A DNA stretch of 58,798 nucleotides from a virus (lineage: Duplodnaviria > Caudoviricetes): positions 1 to 58,798 of IMG/VR virus record IMGVR_UViG_3300006854_000006; one strand, given 5' to 3'. Every line of letters begins with the position of its first letter. The stretch's first letter is position 1. This document shows positions 55,606 to 58,798 of this stretch, piece by piece. The position numbers and the translations under genes were made by a program. The notes under the pieces were generated by a model. The model saw nothing but the letters and a program-made list of their open reading frames with translations. It was not told the origin of the DNA and made no database searches.

Positions 55606-56771
55606 ATTCGTCCATGAGCACGATGACCGAAACCAAGCCTGCTCCTTCGGTGGAGTTGCAACTCCGGGCGCCCATCGGCACCGGCCCGAACCTCTCAAGC
55701 CTTCTCGGCAACTACAAAAAATCATTCGAGGCCATCGCGCCCAAAATCATGGACGTGAACCGGATGCTGCGGATTGCGATCCTGGCCATCAGCCGCAACC
55801 AGGATCTGCTCGAATGCTCGGGCACGAGCGTGCTCGGTTCGCTGATTCTCGCGACGCAGATGGGCCTGGACATCGGCGCCGGCGAGGCTCACTTGGTTCC
55901 TTTCCGGAATAAGCACAACAACCAGCGGGAATGTCAGCTCATCCCGGATTTCAAGGGCGTGGCGAAACTCATCCGCAATACCGGACTCGTCAAGAACTGC
56001 CGCGCGCACGTGGTCTATCGGCAGGACATCTTCGAATACGAAGAAGGGACGAATCCGAAGTTGATCCACAAGCCGAACCTCGATCACGAATTCAAGAACG
56101 AGGACATTATCGGCGCCTACAACATCGCGGTTTTCACCGACGGCTACATCGATGTGCACTTCATCTCCCGACGCTACCTGAATGCAGTGAAGGTGCGCTC
56201 GAAGGCGAAAACCGGTCCATGGCATGCGCAGGGGGATGAGCGCTTCGATTTCGCGGAGATGTGCCGGAAGACGGCGCTTAAGAATCACTCGAAGACCTTG
56301 CCGCGTTCCGTGGAGCTCGCCCAGGCCCTCGCCATCGATCACCGGGCCGAGATCGCGGCGCCGCAGCACATCACGCTGAGCCAGGAGCCGTTTTCCGGAT
56401 TGCTGGTGGCGGATGTTCCCGTGGACGAGCAGATCCGGGAAGAGGAACACGAAGATCTGACTCCAGCGCAGCCGAAAGCGAGTGCGATCGATCGGATCGT
56501 CGAGCAGCACAAGAAACCGGAGCCAGTGCCGAGCGCAGCCACGCCCGCTTCCACCACACCTGTAGCGGAGAGCGTCAAGCCGGCCGGTGGGCCCGAACCG
56601 TGCGACAAATCCGACATCGACAACCTGGAAATCCTGGCGACCGATTGCGGCGTGCTGCCGAAGAAATGGAAGAAGCATATCGAGTCGATGGGCTTCGCGG
56701 CGTGGGATCTCTTGACGAAAGATCGACTGGCCGAAGTGCGTCAGTGGATCGAGGCGCAGAAGAAAGCATGA
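55602..56771 (+). CDS. recT: RecT-family single-strand annealing protein
   Basis: LLECS..SVLG..GL..GEAHLVPF..QLIPDFKG..GPW..EMCRKTALK..LP.SVE. Confidence 0.92.
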   Translation: MNSSMSTMTETKPAPSVELQLRAPIGTGPNLSSLLGNYKKSFEAIAPKIMDVNRMLRIAILAISRNQDLLECSGTSVLGSLILATQMGLDIGAGEAHLVPFRNKHNNQRECQLIPDFKGVAKLIRNTGLVKNCRAHVVYRQDIFEYEEGTNPKLIHKPNLDHEFKNEDIIGAYNIAVFTDGYIDVHFISRRYLNAVKVRSKAKTGPWHAQGDERFDFAEMCRKTALKNHSKTLPRSVELAQALAIDHRAEIAAPQHITLSQEPFSGLLVADVPVDEQIREEEHEDLTPAQPKASAIDRIVEQHKKPEPVPSAATPASTTPVAESVKPAGGPEPCDKSDIDNLEILATDCGVLPKKWKKHIESMGFAAWDLLTKDRLAEVRQWIEAQKKA

Positions 56772-57007
56772 ACGACGACGACCTCAAACAGGCCCTCGAA
56801 ACCCTGATCGGCTCCCGACTGGCATTGGCCGAAGAAGAGCGGATCGAGCGGCGCCGTTACGCGCTGCTCCAGGCGGCAATCGCGATCCTGCCGACGATCG
56901 CCAGCAGGGATCAGTTCGACGGAATACAGATCAAGGTAGCCGTCGACGTCGCGGAAATGTTGCTCACTGAAATCGAGAAGCGTGAGAACGCCGAGGCCCA
57001 GCCATGA
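56768..57007 (+). CDS. hypothetical protein (paralogue of 53721-54056 C-terminus)
   Basis: Shared RRYxxLQAA...AxxxAxxxLTExE motif. Confidence 0.7.
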   Translation: MNDDDLKQALETLIGSRLALAEEERIERRRYALLQAAIAILPTIASRDQFDGIQIKVAVDVAEMLLTEIEKRENAEAQP

Positions 57008-57159
57008 AATGCCAATGCATTCACGAGGCCTGTCAGATCAACGAAGTTCACCTGCCGCATCAATGCGCGGCCGAAGCGGATCTCTGTGATGGCGAGCAAT
57101 GGCTTTGTGAGTATTGCGCCCAGGTGCAGGAGATCGAGAAAGCCGAGGCGGAGCCGTGA
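57004..57159 (+). CDS. small Cys-rich protein (not in ORF track)
   Basis: MKCQCIHEAC...LCEYCA; overlaps both neighbours by 4 nt. Confidence 0.6.
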   Translation: MKCQCIHEACQINEVHLPHQCAAEADLCDGEQWLCEYCAQVQEIEKAEAEP

Positions 57160-57401
57160 TCTGCTGCTACTGCAAGCTGCGCGGAGTTCTTGTCGTCTTT
57201 AACGACGGCACCGAATTACTTCAGCACAAAACCAGCGAGCACGATTATCAGCGGAAGCCGCGGTATCGGCCGAAGCGCCGAGATGTGACGCTTAACGAGG
57301 TGCGACGGTTACAGGAACGTCGGCTATCACTACGGTCGATTGCCCGGATTCTCCACACCACGCATCAAACGATACGACAGCGCCTGAGGGGGGGGGCATG
57401 A
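57156..57401 (+). CDS. zinc finger plus HTH DNA-binding protein
   Basis: CCYC..H...H, then LSLRSIARILHTTHQTIRQRL. Confidence 0.75.
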   Translation: MICCYCKLRGVLVVFNDGTELLQHKTSEHDYQRKPRYRPKRRDVTLNEVRRLQERRLSLRSIARILHTTHQTIRQRLRGGA

Positions 57402-57404
57402 CGG

Positions 57405-57803
57405 ATGGATAAGAATATCTATCCCACGCATACCTGCTTCGACGACGCGCTCGAGCTCATCGGCATCTGGAATTCGCCGGAACGGCAGCCGGACTTGCGC
57501 CTGGTGCACGCGATCTGCGAAGCCCCGACGGGCGAGCGTTACGCCCATGCCTGGGTCGAAGATGTGCGGATCGGATCCGCCTACTTTGGCGGAATCTATC
57601 AAGGCGAGAAAGTGACCGTCGTGGCGAAAGCCGATGAATACCGCGCGGGCCTGAACATTCAGGAAGTGAAGGTCTATTCCGTTTCGGAAGCCATCCGCCT
57701 CAATCACGAGACGAACCATTTCGGTCCGTGGGAAGAACGCTTCCGGGCGCTCTGCGGACGCGATCGGAAACTCTATGGGGAAGTCCTGGGATCCGATGAT
57801 TAG
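57405..57803 (+). CDS. hypothetical protein, possible transglutaminase/papain-like fold
   Basis: TCFDDA..LVHA..HAWVE (Cys-His-acid spacing). Confidence 0.6.
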   Translation: MDKNIYPTHTCFDDALELIGIWNSPERQPDLRLVHAICEAPTGERYAHAWVEDVRIGSAYFGGIYQGEKVTVVAKADEYRAGLNIQEVKVYSVSEAIRLNHETNHFGPWEERFRALCGRDRKLYGEVLGSDD

Positions 57804-58507
57804 CATTGCTGAACTTCGAGACTCCGACAAAGGCCGCGAAGTGCGCTACCAGACGCACGGTCGTATCGAATACGGCAAGATCACATCCTGGAACGGGCAA
57901 TTCATCTTCGTCCGGTATTACTCGATCGTTGAAGGCGACACCGTTCGTTCGCGGACTGGGACGACGAGCGAAGCCACCTCGCCGGAAGATTTGGAGTTCG
58001 TGTGATCGAGCGACGTTTCTATAAAGCCCAAGGCACCCACACGGAACCCGTCTCTTCGGTGACGCTGATCTTCGATGAGGAGATTCCGTCGCGCGTTTAC
58101 GCCAACCGGCCAGTACCGGAAGTGTTGAGCGAGGCGCGATCGGTTTATGAGGAACAAGCGAAGGTACTCGCACAGACGCTGCTGAAAGTCTTGCCGGGCG
58201 GGACCTTTGATCAGTTGTTGTGCGAGATGTTCCAGATCAAGGCGAGTCACTTCCGGGTGACGTTTTAGTTCTGCCGCCAGCGGGAGCGACAGACGGACCT
58301 ATGCGGGAGACAGCAATGAAATACGAATTCGTAGAAGTGGCGGGCGCGGCCTTGGAAGAAGCACGCGACAAGTTCGCGCGGTACTTTCGGGATGCGTCAG
58401 CGCACCAGCACGCCGTGGATTTCGCGCTGGGATTGTTTACGGGGATCGCTACGCGTCGCATGCGCGGTGAACCCGATCCCGATCCGGTGGAGCCGAGCGA
58501 GCCATGA
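57796..58507 (+). CDS. three hypothetical genes (57796-58005, 58002-58268, 58316-58507)
   Basis: Operon packing with RBSs and overlaps. Confidence 0.65.
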
Positions 58508-58530
58508 GCGTTTCGCGGCACGGAGGACCG

Positions 58531-58798
58531 ATGACGATTTGGAAGTTCCCACTTCAGCTCAATGATGAAACGGTGATCCCGATGCCAGCCGGCGCGAAGG
58601 TGCTCTGTGTCCAAATGCAAGGTCGAACCATATGCGCATGGGCCGTCGTGGACGAACAGGCGCCGAAGGAACGGCGTCGGTTCTATATTCGCGGAACGGG
58701 TCACCCCTTGGGACAAGCGCCGATCGCCAACTATGTGGGCACGGTCCAAATCGACGGCTTCGTATTTCATGTCTTCGACGGGGGAAGTGCCGAGGATT
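58531..58798 (+). CDS. hypothetical protein crossing the circular junction (stop TGA at 56-58)
   Basis: GGAGGA RBS; MTIWKFPL..MPAGAKVLCVQMQ..WAVVD..GTGH..YVGTVQ..VFHVF stays in frame across the repeat. Confidence 0.8.
   Translation, partial: MTIWKFPLQLNDETVIPMPAGAKVLCVQMQGRTICAWAVVDEQAPKERRRFYIRGTGHPLGQAPIANYVGTVQIDGFVFHVFDGGSAED
58749..58798. repeat. 50-bp direct terminal repeat (copy 2)
   Basis: Identical to 1-50. Confidence 0.97.

Noticed and set aside
57388-57396. G9 tract (also G7 at 2534 and 17489) as phase-variation switches
   Set aside because: They lie at a gene end or in non-coding or doubtful regions and break no recognisable gene.

Overview
Apparently complete, circularly assembled genome (58,748 bp plus a 50-bp terminal overlap) of a GC-rich temperate siphovirus-type phage. 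The + strand carries a long early/accessory arm (52.3 kb, across the junction, to 17.4 kb): Cro-like HTH, PD-(D/E)XK nuclease, YqaJ/RecT, C5 and amino DNA methyltransferases, ASCH, radical SAM, HerA-like ATPase, Gp37/Gp68, DUF932 and many small Cys-rich ORFs. It ends in a separately promoted tRNA. The - strand carries replication, packaging, head and tail genes (48.9 to 17.5 kb). The lysogeny module (integrase, attP, Xis, two XRE repressors) lies at 49.2-52.2 kb. The most unusual observations: (1) a tRNA with a full serine-type body but a valine (CAC) anticodon, followed by a second copy of the same anticodon stem-loop; (2) a glycosyltransferase/methyltransferase island of about 8 kb inside the neck module; (3) a head-closure protein ending in a copy of the tail-tube hairpin motif, with no recognisable tail terminator gene; (4) a small ORF copying the tape-measure C-terminus; (5) an attP carrying the 5' half of tRNA-Arg(CCT); (6) a hairpin shared, in antisense relation, by the xis leader and the cro trailer; (7) an orphan receiver domain and no recognisable endolysin. 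All product calls come from motif recognition by eye; no database search was run. Several single-base frameshifts suggest residual assembly errors.
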